A stretch of 64,000 nt of DNA from Octopus vulgaris (taxonomy: Eukaryota), in contig OX597832.1 in the NCBI GenBank assembly GCA_951406725.2, forward strand, positions 59,396,001 to 59,460,000. The letters run 5' to 3'. The position numbers and the translations under genes were made by a program. The first letter of the stretch is position 1; every line of letters begins with the position of its first letter. Shown piece after piece: positions 43,059-56,431 of the stretch. The notes below the pieces were generated by a model. The model saw only the letters and a list, made by a program, of their open reading frames with translations. It had not been told where the DNA came from and searched no databases.

Positions 43059-43062
<4 letters not shown>
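40291..43062 (-). mobile_element. 5'-truncated non-LTR retrotransposon (CR1/L2 group) with (CAAT)n tail, flanked by (TA)n
   Basis: The ORF2 frame is open from ~43062, followed by a short 3' UTR and a tail reading (ATTG)n on the + strand at 40291-40312. Confidence 0.92.
40382..43033 (-). CDS. LINE ORF2: C-terminal part of APE endonuclease plus complete reverse transcriptase (883 aa, N-terminally truncated)
   Basis: Endonuclease motifs YRPP, GDFNLP, PTR..TLDL and SDH. RT motifs NYRPISL, QHGFRPGRSC, YLDFAKAFDKVDH, SGVPQGTVLGPLLF, YADD and DLGI. Confidence 0.96.
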   Translation of the reverse strand: MCATYRPPDAPSHVGKFEDCLIKIEEILTTLEQHIGVLLMGDFNLPNVRWPEGLSLPGMTRCERGQARSLLNLINTLYMEQVILQPTRAGNTLDLCFTNDMDLIHNVKVTPTLLSDHNMIELTMYGPKESTDMQPTRNPQNLSSLNYHKANWKQIEKEILKQNWPKCLSSPDIDVKLQQFMSVMQAICYKCVPERKATVHKNKIPRERKILMRRRTKFSNRLNKQIESSEKSRLKIKLLEIEKCLQLSHEKERADKEAWAIENIKSNPRAFYRYAKETATVHCRIGPLLEKDGTLTGKPMRVSEILNEQFKSVFTPPLGHLQITNPTDFFTTADIKSEAATIDYIDIKEDDVTKAIDEMKTDSATGPDGFPAILLKACKRVLARPLQFLFQSFLAAGKLPGKLKEGKICPIHKGGSRAEAKNYRPISLTSHISKVMERIVRRKLITFLEENDLLPDTQHGFRPGRSCLTQLLQHYDWVLKRLLNHSNVEVIYLDFAKAFDKVDHGMICHKLRDLNIVGKLGEWLHDFLKDRSQVVVANGATSINTQIVSGVPQGTVLGPLLFIMALSDMPSATQRSTITSYADDTKVSQAIQNPEDTKHLQCELDEIYKWAEKNSMQFNAGKFQALYYQHAKLNAIPNEYTGPGGIAIPEAQSVRDLGIHMSDDATFHVHVAKLTMNCRRLAGWILRTFRTREQETMMVLWKTLVLSHFDYCSQLWSPSSVKLITELEAIQRSYTKKIASMQNVSYWERLKRLKLYSLERRRERYAIIYIWKILEGSVLNFGIESYANARTGRHCVVPRTPNLPSRCRTRFCDSLGFRGPQLFNILPKNLRDLHGVDTDVFKMKLDLFLSGVPDEPTSRQEGQMRAAASNSLMHQIAVARKPP

Positions 43063-43119
<57 letters not shown>

Positions 43120-43441
43120 CCTAATATATACAATATATATATATATATATATATTAAGGTATGTAGAAAAATACAACATGGACAAGAACGTATAACTCTT
43201 AGAAGACGATACAATAAACACGGACAGGACATTCGAAACCCTCAGTCTTCAGTCAAGAACCGGATCATCGTAGTAATTTCGGATGTATATATACATATGT
43301 ATATATATATATACATATACATATATATATATACATATATACATATACATATATATATGTACATTTATATATACATATATATATATGTATACATGCGTAT
43401 ATATACATACGTATATATATATATATATATACATACATACG

Positions 43442-43492
<51 letters not shown>

Positions 43493-44042
43493 GTATATAT
43501 ATAAGTATGCATGTATATATAGATATAGATATATATATACATATGCGTATATATATATATATGTATGTACATATATATATATATATAAATATAAATATAT
43601 ATATAAGTACTGGGTTCGATCAAATCGACTATCCCCCTCCCCGCACATTTCAGGCCTTGTGCCTATAGCAGAAACGATTATGAATATACACTTACCCATA
43701 TTGTGTAACATACGGGAAGCCGATTACGCGAATGACTTAGATGACGTCATCAAGTTTCTAAATTACACTCTATTAGGATATTCTTAGGTTTTTTTGTTCA
43801 TTATTTATTTCCTTTTGTTATTTTATTCAGTGTTGGTTTGTTGTTTTTTTCCTTTGTGTGTTCTTTTTTTATTTCTTTCTTTTTCTCCGCTCTCCTCTCT
43901 CCTCTCCTTTTACAGCCATGGTTTTGACACAAAAGCGACATCACACCTTTGTGTATTATTTCTTGGTTTTGCAGCTGCAGCTCCACCGGAAGTCAATTGT
44001 TGTGTAGAACATTATATATATATATATATATTATATATACAC

Positions 44043-44098
<56 letters not shown>

Positions 44099-44118
44099 GT
44101 GTGTATACATATATAGTC

Positions 44119-44154
<36 letters not shown>

Positions 44155-44174
44155 AAATGTACATGTATGTATGC

Positions 44175-44218
<44 letters not shown>

Positions 44219-44354
44219 CGTACACCTACGTAATTTATGAAAATAATATACGCACATGTAAATATCCGGGCGTGTACACTTGTGTATGTATGTGTGCGCA
44301 TATAAATACATGTAGACATACAAAAACACACACACAAACATAAAGATATAAATA

Positions 44355-44388
<34 letters not shown>

Positions 44389-44628
44389 GGTATACACATA
44401 CTTAACTTTAAAGACAGTGATATTATTATGTGTGTATGAATGCGCGGGTATATATATATATACATACATACATACATACATACCTCTGTGTGTGTGTGTG
44501 TGTGTGTGTGTGTATACATAAAAGCACCCACACACATAAAGAAGATTTCACACGCACAGTGAGACTGATAAATAATAACAGCAACAAAGGGAAGAACAAA
44601 GGAACATGGCACCAGCAGCAGCAGTAGC

Positions 44629-44704
<76 letters not shown>

Positions 44705-45040
44705 ATGATGGTGGTGGTGGTGGTGGTATTGGTGTTGAACCTTCCTCCCAGATTTCACGTGGAATATATATATATATATATATATGTAACAAACATTTAA
44801 GACGAAAAAGAAAAAAAAAGAAAACAAAGAAAAAAGAAAATAGAGCGAAGCCCTTTGTACAAACAGCCAACTCTAAACATCTCCAACCGAAAGACCGTTC
44901 CACACACACCGACAAGAACTGTTACAACCAGTTAAAATAACAAACATTACTTGTGTAGTTTGCTGTTTATGTTACAAATCATTCTCCATTGTATTACCTG
45001 TCTTTGTTGCCGTTCTTAAAGCTAGAGAGGGAGGGAGAGG

Positions 45041-45071
<31 letters not shown>

Positions 45072-45436
45072 GGCCGTGTGGTATTCTTCTGGTGGTGGTG
45101 ATGGTGGCGGCGGCGGCGGTGGTGGTATTAGATGCGCTGATGTTAGTGATGATGATAGTTATACTGGTGACGGAGAGAGCAGCGTCGGGTGTAATGATGA
45201 TGATGGTGTTGTTGTTGTTGGTGGTGGTGGTGGTGGTGGTGGTTGTGGTGGTGGTGGTGGTGGTGGTGGTGGTGGAGATGGGCGTGCTGCTTTGAACCAT
45301 ATTTCAGTCGAAGGAATCGACCTCAGTTCTTTTTTAAAAAAAAATTGTTTAAGCCTGCTACTTATTCTATCATTTCATTTTGCCAAACTTCTACGTCAAA
45401 GGGACATAAACTTACCGACACCGGTTGCCAAGCACA

Positions 45437-45469
<33 letters not shown>

Positions 45470-47198
45470 ATGGATATACGACGGGGTTCTTTCATTTTCC
45501 GTTTACCAAATCCACAATACTTTGTTCGTTCGAAGCTATTGTAGAAGACATGTGGCCAAGGTGCCATGCAGTGCGATTGAACCCAGAACCATGTGGTTGG
45601 GAAGCCACGTCTGTTATTATTTGGGCTGGCGGGGGTTGATGACGATGGTCATGTTGTTGTTGTTGCTGTTGTTGTTGTTGTTGTTGGTGTTGGTGGTGTT
45701 GGTGGTGGTGGTGTTGGTGGTTGTGGTGGTGGTGGTGGTGGTGGTGGTGGTGGTGGTGGTGGTGGTGGTGGTGGTGGTGGTGGTGGTTGTTGTGGTAGTT
45801 GTGGTGGTGGTGGTTGTGGTGGTGGTTGTGGTGGTGGTGGTGGTGGTGATGGTGGTGGTGGTGGTGGTTGTAGTGTTGGTGGTGGTTGTGATGGTGGTGG
45901 TGGTGGTTGCTGAAGTGGTTGGTGATAATTAATTTGCTGCTGGTGTCAGTGATGGAGGCTGCGGTGGCGGCGTCAATTTAAGATGGTATTGTTGAGGTTG
46001 GTGGTATTATGATGGTAAATGGTTTTGTCATAGGAACCGCGGAATATTTTAGGATTAACAGAGGGGCATGGAAAGTGGCTTTTCAGGGAATATGATGGCG
46101 GGGTCATACCTGAGATGTTTTGAGATATGTCCCACAATACTCCGCCAAGAATCTCTGTACCTTGTTAGCTTTAGTAGATCCTAATATTTGATAGCGGACT
46201 TCCGTAGCTATTCAATGTTTGAAACAAGTAAAAGAGTATATGTACCCGCACATTCAATGTCTATCTCTCTCTCTCTCTCCCTCCCTCTCTCTCTCTCTCT
46301 CTCCCTCTCTTCTCTCTCTCTCTCTCTCTCTCTCAGACACACATACACACAACAATATCTCTGTTTTTAAACTTACGTATGTATATACCTATATATATAT
46401 GTATTTATATCTTTACACGCTATGTTGCTGAGTTGTCTTTTTCCTCTTTTAAGGTTCGGAAGTCCCCAAAATATAACGTCCAGCAGGGCTTACTTATATT
46501 AGAAATGGACGGAATCAGCGCTTGATTAAAAGCACAACAGAACTTATAAATTGGTTTACAGTGCAAAAAAAAAAAATTACTTTAAACTTGTTAAAAATAT
46601 TATTCGAAGTAATTTATACGATCGGAGATATAATTTTGATGTGGTCATGGTGTTATGGCGAGGACCAGATCAAAGTCTCTACCATCAAAAAAAAAAAAAA
46701 AAGAGAAAAGAAAAGCAGTAACCTTCTGAAATATAAACATTATTTTCCATCTTACTCATTTGAAAAATAAAAAATTATTTTATGGTTTATTATGGTTCAT
46801 ATTTCGAATTACATATATATGGCGGTTGGTGGGGAGACCAACATCTTTTAAGTGCTTAGGGCCTCTGTGGGTATTAATCTGGACTTGGGTTGAATGTCTG
46901 CTTCCATCTCCTGTTTCGACATGCGTTCATGTTATGAGATGTTCTGAATCCTTGTAGCATTAAAACTATATTGAAGTTCTTTCTTCATAGGCCAATTGCA
47001 TATAATTTGCCTTTCTTAGCATGCAGCTGTAGAGCATGGTAATATAATTACCGTAGAGGTATAGAATTTAATGGTGTGGAATTTTTGCCATGTCTTGGTT
47101 TCCGTGCCTATTCTCATATATGGTTATTAGGAATATTGAATAATGCCCGAAAGAGCACCATCACGAATACAAGCGACCGAAGTTGGGTTCCTCTAAAG

Positions 47199-47547
47199 CA
47201 GGGGTTCTCAACAATCATTTAATCTATAGACGTCTTTAATTACTATTTTATTCTGGGGTCTTCCATAGCTATTCAATGTTTAAAAAATAGTTTTATAAAA
47301 ACTTCCTACAAAATCCCTATTTTGTGTTTCAAACATAAACTTGTGTAGGTTGATCTACGTCAACGTTTAGAGAAAGAAACATCGCTGCTTCTTGCAATAC
47401 ATAACCAATAAATGCATCTAAAGCTACAGATATTCAGAGGCCCTTAAAATACTCTTACGGATCCCCAATTTAATATTTTGTTGCATGGACACCACAAAGT
47501 ATTATATGGCCCCATATGGCCATATGGAACCCTGTTGAGATCCACTG
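47199..47547. mobile_element. hAT (Charlie/MER5-type) MITE
   Basis: TIRs CAGGGGTTCTCAAC and GTTGAGATCCACTG with a degenerate 8-bp TSD CTCTAAAG/CATTAAAG. A related left end lies at ~33465-33560. Confidence 0.7.
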
Positions 47548-47569
47548 CATTAAAGGGTCTTTGGAGTAA

Positions 47570-47785
47570 CTCAAAAGGATGCGTGGCTTGGAAATTGCCG
47601 TGTCACGCGAGAACATGTCCCTACTTCTCCACATTGAGAGGTCACAACACTGATACTGCGAACATGTGATCAAAAGGACGCAGAAAAGAATAGCAAGACA
47701 GACTCTTCGAGCCAAACCAATTAGTAGGAGGCCTAGGAGCAAACGAAGAATCAGATTGACAATCAATATCCATAGACTTACTTGC
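47570..47785 (+). pseudogene. Possible RTE-clade LINE ORF C-terminal remnant
   Basis: The peptide EHVIKRTQKRIARQTLRAKPISRRPRSKRRIR resembles the RTE C-terminal GHVxRM..AKPxGRRPxGRPRxRW pattern. Confidence 0.4.
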
Positions 47786-47786
47786 T

Positions 47787-48282
<496 letters not shown>

Positions 48283-48948
48283 CACGCTCGAGAATGCAAC
48301 TAGAAACAGCAATGACGGCCGCTTCGGATAGGACCCTATTGACTCTTCCTCCAACTCTTAGAACCCCTCCCAAGAATAGTGGGCGAATAAAGGGATTGCA
48401 TGAAAACAAAAAACAAAAACAAAAACAAAACAGCGAATATTTGACAAGATTCCTCAAGAAAATTTTCTTTGACGTGTTTCCTTGTTTCTTCTGCATCAAT
48501 CTGTTTTGCTACTGCCTGGTTTAATTTTTATCTCTGTAAAGGTTAATTAAATAACTATCAGTCATTTATTAGAATCACTTCAAATCAATTACCTATGACC
48601 TTTGCTTCTTATAATTTCAGGCTTTGTGCCAACGTAAGAAATCGATAATTACATGCTTCAATTATAAATTTTGTTGATAGCGAAGAAGAAGAAGCAAGAA
48701 ATGGCTTTACAGGCGCTGGTATGGCTCTGTTGTAAAGGAACTGGCTTTACAGTAAGGGGGTTTCAGATTCAGTCCCACGGTGGGGCATCTTGAAAAAGCG
48801 TCTTCGACTATTGGCCCGGGGTGACTAATGCCGTGTGAGTGAATTCAATAAATGTAAACCGTGTCGAAGTCTATTGTATACATACATACATACATACATA
48901 CATACATACATACATACACACACACATACATACATGCATACATACATG

Positions 48949-49006
<58 letters not shown>

Positions 49007-49078
49007 TATATTGATAGAAATGGTAAGACAACAAAAGAATGAAAGAGACCTCGACATTATGTAAACAGAGGAATTTAT

Positions 49079-49166
49079 TGTAAATATATGTGAAAATTAT
49101 TCGGTGGCCATGATAAGACTCGGAGTTTTATCATGGCTACCGAGTAATTCTCACATTATATTTACA
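49079..49166. repeat. Imperfect palindrome (~43-bp arms)
   Basis: TGTAAATATATGTGAAAATTATTCGGTGGCCATGATAAGACTC-G-GAGTTTTATCATGGCTACCGAGTAATTCTCACATTATATTTACA. Confidence 0.85.
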
Positions 49167-49186
49167 CACACAGACACACACACACA

Positions 49187-49302
<116 letters not shown>

Positions 49303-49477
49303 CTTTATTTAAAAGCAGCAGAAATTAACAAAACTGTCCGACGAACGGGAACGTGAAGCTCCGAGTAACAGGTTTTGTTGAATTTCTGCTGCTTTTAAAT
49401 AAAGCATATTACTCTACCCCTGGTATTTGAGTACTCTTTTTTCCACCTTGTTTCACAATTATGTGTTTACTCCGGTA
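49303..49477 (+). mobile_element. Short PLE-like element with hammerhead (49334-49371) inside an inverted repeat
   Basis: ctgt CCGACGA ac gggaac gt GAAG CTC c GAG TA acag. The flanks 49303-49334 and 49372-49404 are inverted. Homologous to 27091-27280. Confidence 0.65.
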
Positions 49478-49487
49478 TATATATATA

Positions 49488-49879
49488 TCTTTATATATAA
49501 AAGTGAGGTTGTGTGCTGTCTGTCTCCTACGATTTAGATTCCTAACTACTCCCACATTTTGCGGTGCAGTTTAACCAAAACCGGGTATCTTATAGTCGTG
49601 ATTCATATCGAGCCCTTCTGGGTATTAGCGCGCGTCTACGATGTGTCTACGATTTAAAAAAAAAATTTACCATCAATTTTTCCCATTTTTAATGCATTTT
49701 TGGCATATATAAGGGAAGTAACTCTCTAAAAATTTATTAAATCTCAGAACGTAAAAAGCTATAGTAACCGCCCCCCCTTTGTGTTTAACCATATTGAGAT
49801 GGCTATTATACTTTACATCTCTAAAAATGCTTATATAGTTATTTCCCTTACAAACCCTAGCAACGCCGGGCGATACTGC

Positions 49880-49882
<3 letters not shown>
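49488..49882 (+). mobile_element. Non-autonomous Helitron-like element
   Basis: 5' A|TCTTTATATATAAAAG and a 3' GC-rich hairpin CCCTAGCAACGCCGGG followed by CGATACTG-CTA(T), versus the canonical CTAG. Confidence 0.65.
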
Positions 49883-49910
<28 letters not shown>

Positions 49911-50618
49911 CGGATTCTACTCAGTTTCCATTAACTAAATTCATTTACAAGGCAATAGCTGGCCAGGGACTACAGTACAAAAAAAAAAAGGAAAGGAAAA
50001 TTGACACAATGTGCTTTGCAATGGAGTTGAACCCGAAACCACGTCGTTGCAAAGCGAGAATTTTTACCATATAAACATGTCTATGAAAGCTATAATGAAA
50101 ATAGTCATGGCAGTGCTATTTCTTGTTGTTGTTGTTGTTGTTGCTGCTGACGAAACAGATGGTGCTGATGGAGGTTTTGGTAGCGGTGGTAGTAACGGCG
50201 CAGGCTTTGGTAAAGTTATTAGAAAACGCAATGATAACAACAACAACAAGAGCAACAACCACAACAAAAACAAGCATAGAAACAGAAACGTAGAGCAGAG
50301 TCGGGATTAATGAAATAGGGAAGAGGTAATGAGATATGACAATATCACTGATCCTTGGTGCTATGTGATACGGTTCACGGAAGATAAGTTACTCTCGAAA
50401 CGATAAACGATAAACGAACCGACTAGTGGAATGTTTTAGACTCTCACTAAACCCCATCTGCAGCGCGCTTTAGATTGGCGTTAAAAATATGCGTATGCCG
50501 GGTCCGCTTTGTGTGTATGTGTGCATTAGTGCATGTCTATATGTATAAGTTAGTGTGTATGTGTATCTGCATGCACATATAAATATGAGCATATATATAT
50601 ACATATATATATACATAC

Positions 50619-50650
<32 letters not shown>

Positions 50651-50794
50651 TTCTATATTTATATATAATATAAATAATATATGCATATATACATACACAT
50701 ATGTACATACCTACATACATATTTATATATACATGTATATAAGGGCACAGGACATAAAAAAACGTAGACACACTGAGAGACGAAAACATAAAAA

Positions 50795-50838
<44 letters not shown>

Positions 50839-50854
50839 TTATATATATATATAC

Positions 50855-50925
<71 letters not shown>

Positions 50926-50984
50926 TATCGCATATAGAGAAAAGCAGATATATATGTATCTAAATGAATATATACATATATATA

Positions 50985-51015
<31 letters not shown>

Positions 51016-51431
51016 TCTTTACTCTTTTACTCCTTTATTTGTTTCAGTCACTTGACTGCAGCCATGCTGGAGCAGCTTACGTTCAGCAAATCGATCGGAG
51101 GACTTATTCTTTCTAAGCGTAGTACTTATTCTATCGGACTCTCTTGCTGATCCGCTAGATTACGGGGGCGTAAATACACAAGCATCGGTGGTCAAGCGAT
51201 GTTGGGGGGAGGGGCCAGGACAAACCGACACACAAACATATACACACACATACATATACTTATATATATATATACACGACGGGTTTCTTCCAGTTTCCGT
51301 CTACCAAATCCATTGGTCGGCCCGAAGCTATAGTAGAAGCCAGCCAAGGTGCCACGCAGTGGGACTGAGCCCTGTGCCATGTGATTGGTAGGCAAGATAC
51401 ATACAATACAGCCACTCCTGCGCGCAAATAT

Positions 51432-51464
<33 letters not shown>

Positions 51465-52125
51465 ACATATATTCAAACAAACGTAACATATAATACAATA
51501 TACATATGTATAAAAACATATGTTTGTGCGTGTATATATATGTGAATATATGTGTAATGTGTGCGTGTTTGTGTGTATAAGATTCTGTGCGCGCGCATGT
51601 GTAAGCGTTCGCTACTTTCGTTATCTGTCGAGTATATTTTTATTACGTTTCTTTTCTTTTATTTCTTTGTATCTTTCCAAATTGGCTTTCACTAATATTA
51701 TTCTAACACAGAATAAGAACAGATATATATATATATATATATACACACAATCAGGCAAACAGACGGGTGATCCTAGACTGACGCACACACACGTGCGCGA
51801 TCACACACGCACGTGTAGGAAACGACACACACACACACGCAATCACATGCGCACACACATCATCCGTAATACACACGACACACATAAAAATGAATTACGC
51901 TCCTTTAACGCACATTATTGTATTTATAGCCACAAAGATTCACACGTACACAGTTTTCCATTCTTGCCATTTGCCGTTTCATTTTCCTCGTTCCCTTTCT
52001 GCCTACCACTTCCCACTCTTTCCTTCTGTTTTCCGTCTGACAGTTTGTCTGTCTTCCTGTCTCTCTGTATGAAGTTAGGGAGGTACATAATCGTGTATGT
52101 ATATGTATGTGTGTATATAAGTATG

Positions 52126-52188
<63 letters not shown>

Positions 52189-52251
52189 AAACTTATATAC
52201 AAAGAACGTGAAATTCACGAATTGACAAACACGGAAAACGGACAGTAATTC

Positions 52252-52302
<51 letters not shown>

Positions 52303-52307
<5 letters not shown>

Positions 52308-52865
52308 AAATCAAATTGCGATAAAATAAAAATAATTATAATCGCTGGTATTACTAACACAAGCCATATATTTTTCATATATCAGTACATTAAGGCGAAA
52401 TATGTGCTAGGAATACAGAAGCTTGATAAATTAAGTGAAATGAAGATAAAAACATTTACTAAACCGGTAATTCTCAGACTGCAGTTTCTTTCTTTTCAGC
52501 AATAAAGATAATTTATTTGCTCAGGGAGAATTCTTCAGTGAGACCCTGTTTTTCTGAGATCCTAACTCACTAGAAGCATGTGCTTCTAATGATTTACTCT
52601 CCCTAACTAATCATATCACTGCGCAGACTCCGAACGTCCCGACAAAACTAGGGAATTCTGGTATATCGCCTGGCGCTCATAATTTATCGAGAAATATGTA
52701 AACAAATCAAATTGCGATAAAATAAAAATAATTATAATCGCTGGTATTACTAACACAAGCCATATATTTTTCATATATCAGTACATTAAGGCGAAATATG
52801 TGCTAGGAATACAGAAGCTTGATAAATTAAGTGAAATGAAGATAAAAACATTTACTAAACCGGTA

Positions 52866-52870
<5 letters not shown>
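52303..52870 (-). mobile_element. Retrozyme/PLE-like element: 396-nt unit plus 172-bp identical terminal direct repeat, in (TA)n
   Basis: 52303-52474 equals 52699-52870. No meaningful ORF; hammerhead at 52472-52543; (TA)n on both sides. Confidence 0.88.
52472..52543 (-). ncRNA. Type I hammerhead ribozyme, canonical core
   Basis: Minus strand reads UCUCA CUGAAGA [43-nt stem II region incl. AGCA-AAUAAA/UUUAUU-GCU] GAAA CUGCAG UC^ UGAGA. Stem I is 5 bp and stem III is the palindrome ACUGCAGU. Confidence 0.82.
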
Positions 52871-52908
<38 letters not shown>

Positions 52909-52909
52909 T

Positions 52910-52941
<32 letters not shown>

Positions 52942-53154
52942 TGTATGTATGTATGTATGTATGTATGTATGTATGTATGTTTGTATGTATGTATGTATGT
53001 ATGAATGTATATATGTGTGTATAATGTAGGGAGGTAGGGTAAAAACCACAGCTGGTTCCACTTCAAGTACATCTACTTATTTCTATTATCTCAATCCAAT
53101 TTATGGATTGGCGATTACATAATATCCACAAATTTTCCAACTTCCTGTTTTGTC

Positions 53155-53210
<56 letters not shown>

Positions 53211-53995
53211 CGCATGAGTAGCTGTGGGGCAAGTAGCTTACTTACAAACCACATGGTTCCGGCTTCAGTCCCATTGCGTGGCACCTTGGGTAAGTGTTTT
53301 GTACTATAGCCTCGGGTCGACCAAAGACTTGTGAGTGGATTTGGTAGACGAAAACTTATATATATACATGTGTGTGTGTGTGTGTGTGTGTTTGTGTGTC
53401 TGTGTTTGTCCCCCCAACATCGCTTGACAACCGATGCTAGTGTGTTTACACCCCCGTAACTTAGCGTTCTTGTCCCATTTTGTATTTTATATATATATAG
53501 CAGCATACGTACACTTTGGTGTCTTATATGTAAGTATACATTTTTCTAAATCTTGTACGACTCTATTTCTGGCTATCAGCCCTTTCACGCTTATTCGTTT
53601 ATTCCACTCTTCCTTCTTTTGTTTCCCCTTTATCACATTCCTTGCTTTCTCTTCTTACTCACTTTCCCTCCACCTTTCACTTCACTGTGTCCCTGTCATT
53701 TTTTATCGCCCCTCCTTAATTCTTCGGTTCCTCTACTTCTACTTCTCTCTCTTATCTTCCCACGTGACCGGCGTTCGGCCAAGCCTGTTCTTTCTTTCTT
53801 GGTCTGACTGTTATCCGTGCAACATCGATATTCCTCCCTGTGTTTGTGAAATCTAGTATCCCTGCCGTAAGGCGTCATTTCCACACACGCCAGCTTAATT
53901 TAATTCGTCCTTAGTCGACCTTGATTGACTTCAATACAACCAAAGCAAGATAGATAGATAGACAGACAGACACACAGACAGACAGACAGACAGAC

Positions 53996-54151
<156 letters not shown>

Positions 54152-54270
54152 GGTTAGACAGACAGTTAGACGGAGACAGATTTATATTGATATAGATGTA
54201 TTTGTAACCATGCGAATATAAATACATGGATCTATGTCTGTGTATTCGTATAATAAAGTTCACATGCATG

Positions 54271-54654
54271 GTGGAAGCACTCCGTCGGTTACGACGATGA
54301 GGGTTCCGGTTGATCCGATCAACGGAACAGCCTGCTCGTGAAATTAACGTGTAAGTGGCTGAGCACTCCACAGACACGTGTACCCTTAACGTAGTTCTCG
54401 GGGATATTCAGCGTGACACAGAGAGTGACAAGGCCGGCCCTTTGAAATACAGGTACAACAGAAACAGGAAGTAAGAGTGAGAGAAAGTTGTGGTGAAAGA
54501 GTACAGCAGGGATCACCACCATCCCTGCCGGAGGCTCGTGGAGCTTTAGATGTTTTCGCTCAATAAACACTCACAACGCCCGGTCTGGGAATCGAAACCG
54601 CGATCCTACGACCGCGAGTCCGCTGCCCTAACCACTGGGCCATTGCGCCTCCAC
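54271..54654 (-). mobile_element. SINE family C, full length
   Basis: Reverse complement is nearly identical to 33686-34070. Confidence 0.9.
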
Positions 54655-55531
54655 TCACATACATACACACACACACGCCTACGGACACTGTACACACGAC
54701 ACCCGATTGAGTAAAATGCATTTGGCAACAACATTAATGAAATCGCATGTACGTGTGAATCGTACCGCCCTGTTGTTCGTGTATGTTTTTCATGCTTACA
54801 GGGAATTCCTTTTTTCCCTGTAGATATCATGCGAAAATCTAGCTAATACCGAAGTGATGCCGATACAGACATATGAAACCCACTACGGGATACTACTCAC
54901 ACATCTGGGATCCTAATGCTGTTGCTGCTACAGAAATAAGCAGCACAGACCGCAAATTAATACTGGTTATATTACTTACTATTTGTTTCTTTTTTTGTTT
55001 TGGCTTTTTTAATTAAAAAATTTTTTTTTTTTTTTTGCTTTCGGTCATATATGTACTTTTGCCTGTGCATTTCTGACCTGGGCTGGAGCGACCCTGTTTA
55101 AACAATCTGCTCCTGATGAGCTCCCTCTCCAGCTCCATATTGATACCGAGCTTAGAGCGGGGACCCGATCGTCACAGAAGACCGAATACCAGGATTCCCA
55201 TCCGCAAAACGGGACAACCAGCCAAGCCTCGGAGTTCAATAGCTGAATAGCTCACCTCTCTTTTGTGTTTATGCGTTTATGCGAATGTGCAAGTGTGTAA
55301 TGCTGGAAGATGACCACTTCCAAAAGCGTCTTTTGTTTGAATCTGATGTGTGAGTATGAATCGTTGATACTTGATAAAAGACAAAACAACACATTCCATA
55401 TTTACTGTCTGCAATATAAACATAAAATGATTTGAAAGAACAAAATTCTTCATACAGTTCTGTTTAAGAGATGAGGAATTATGTACATTATTTACATTTG
55501 ATGGATATTAGTCCTCATCTTGTTTGTTGTT

Positions 55532-55577
55532 AACACAACGTTTCGGCTGATATACCCTCCAGCCTCCATCAGGTGTC
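55532..55577 (-). ncRNA. Type I hammerhead motif (A9G variant) of the tRNA-headed SINE family
   Basis: Minus strand reads gacac CTGATGG a GGCTG gagggtatat CAGCC GAAA CG TT gtgtt. Confidence 0.65.
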
Positions 55578-56347
55578 TTGGGGAAATTTCGATCCTGAGT
55601 TCTCATTCCTAAGTTATTCTTCATATCAAAATTCTTAAGAATAGAGAATCCATCACAGTCGATACCGTAACCAGGAAGCGTATTCTTTGCAATATCAAAT
55701 ACATAAATGTTAGCTACAATAAAATTGAAACCGGGAAACTCAGCAACAGGTGAAAAGCGAAGGGACGTGGTTATCATTGGTACCTGTAATCCTTTAACAA
55801 TGCTCTGGCAATTTTGCAACTTTTCACCCGTGTCAAGCTTGTCCCCAGACCTGTGTCTCCCTTATTGGTCCTACGTGTTCATAACAGCATAGAAAAACTG
55901 CAGGCATCAAGTATGAGGAAATAAGGTATAGATGAAGCACCTGGCGTGGCAAGAGGAAAGTACAAGGTATTACTGGTGTGTGTACAGGTGTATAGCAAAA
56001 GTACGTTGAGCTGTAAAGAACAAAAATAAAATAAAAGTTTAAAGTAGAGGGAAGGTTTTGTCTAGGGAGAGTCATTTTTGCTAATATTATTAAACAAAGC
56101 AGTGTTATTCTCGGCAGTTTACAGACAGAAAAAATAAAAGTGCGTCAAAACAATTGGCTTACACTTTCACCAAATTGAACAAACAATCAATTAGTTGGAT
56201 ATTTAACGAACTGACAAATAGTAAAGGAGAGTAATTAAACCAGTGCGTGTGTTAGTAATGTTGGCGGAATGGCTCTCCCTAGATACAACTAAATTTGCTT
56301 CAACACATGAACCCACATAACAAATCTTGCAAACCAGATACATAAAC

Positions 56348-56404
<57 letters not shown>

Positions 56405-56431
56405 GTATATGTGTGTGTGTGTGTATTTATA

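Noticed and set aside
40308-43124. Plus-strand ORFs overlapping the LINE
   Set aside because: They are antisense shadow frames of the RT ORF.
50372-50420. GGTTC..CGGAAGA..CTCGAAACG..GAACC, a possible hammerhead relic
   Set aside because: The core and stem III are too degenerate, and there is only a single copy.
55105-55175. CTGATGAG hammerhead core candidate
   Set aside because: No GAAA segment is positioned to complete the core.
55615-56075. Non-repetitive block as a possible host exon
   Set aside because: All three plus-strand frames contain stops, the minus-strand ORFs show no recognisable motif, and I found no convincing splice context.
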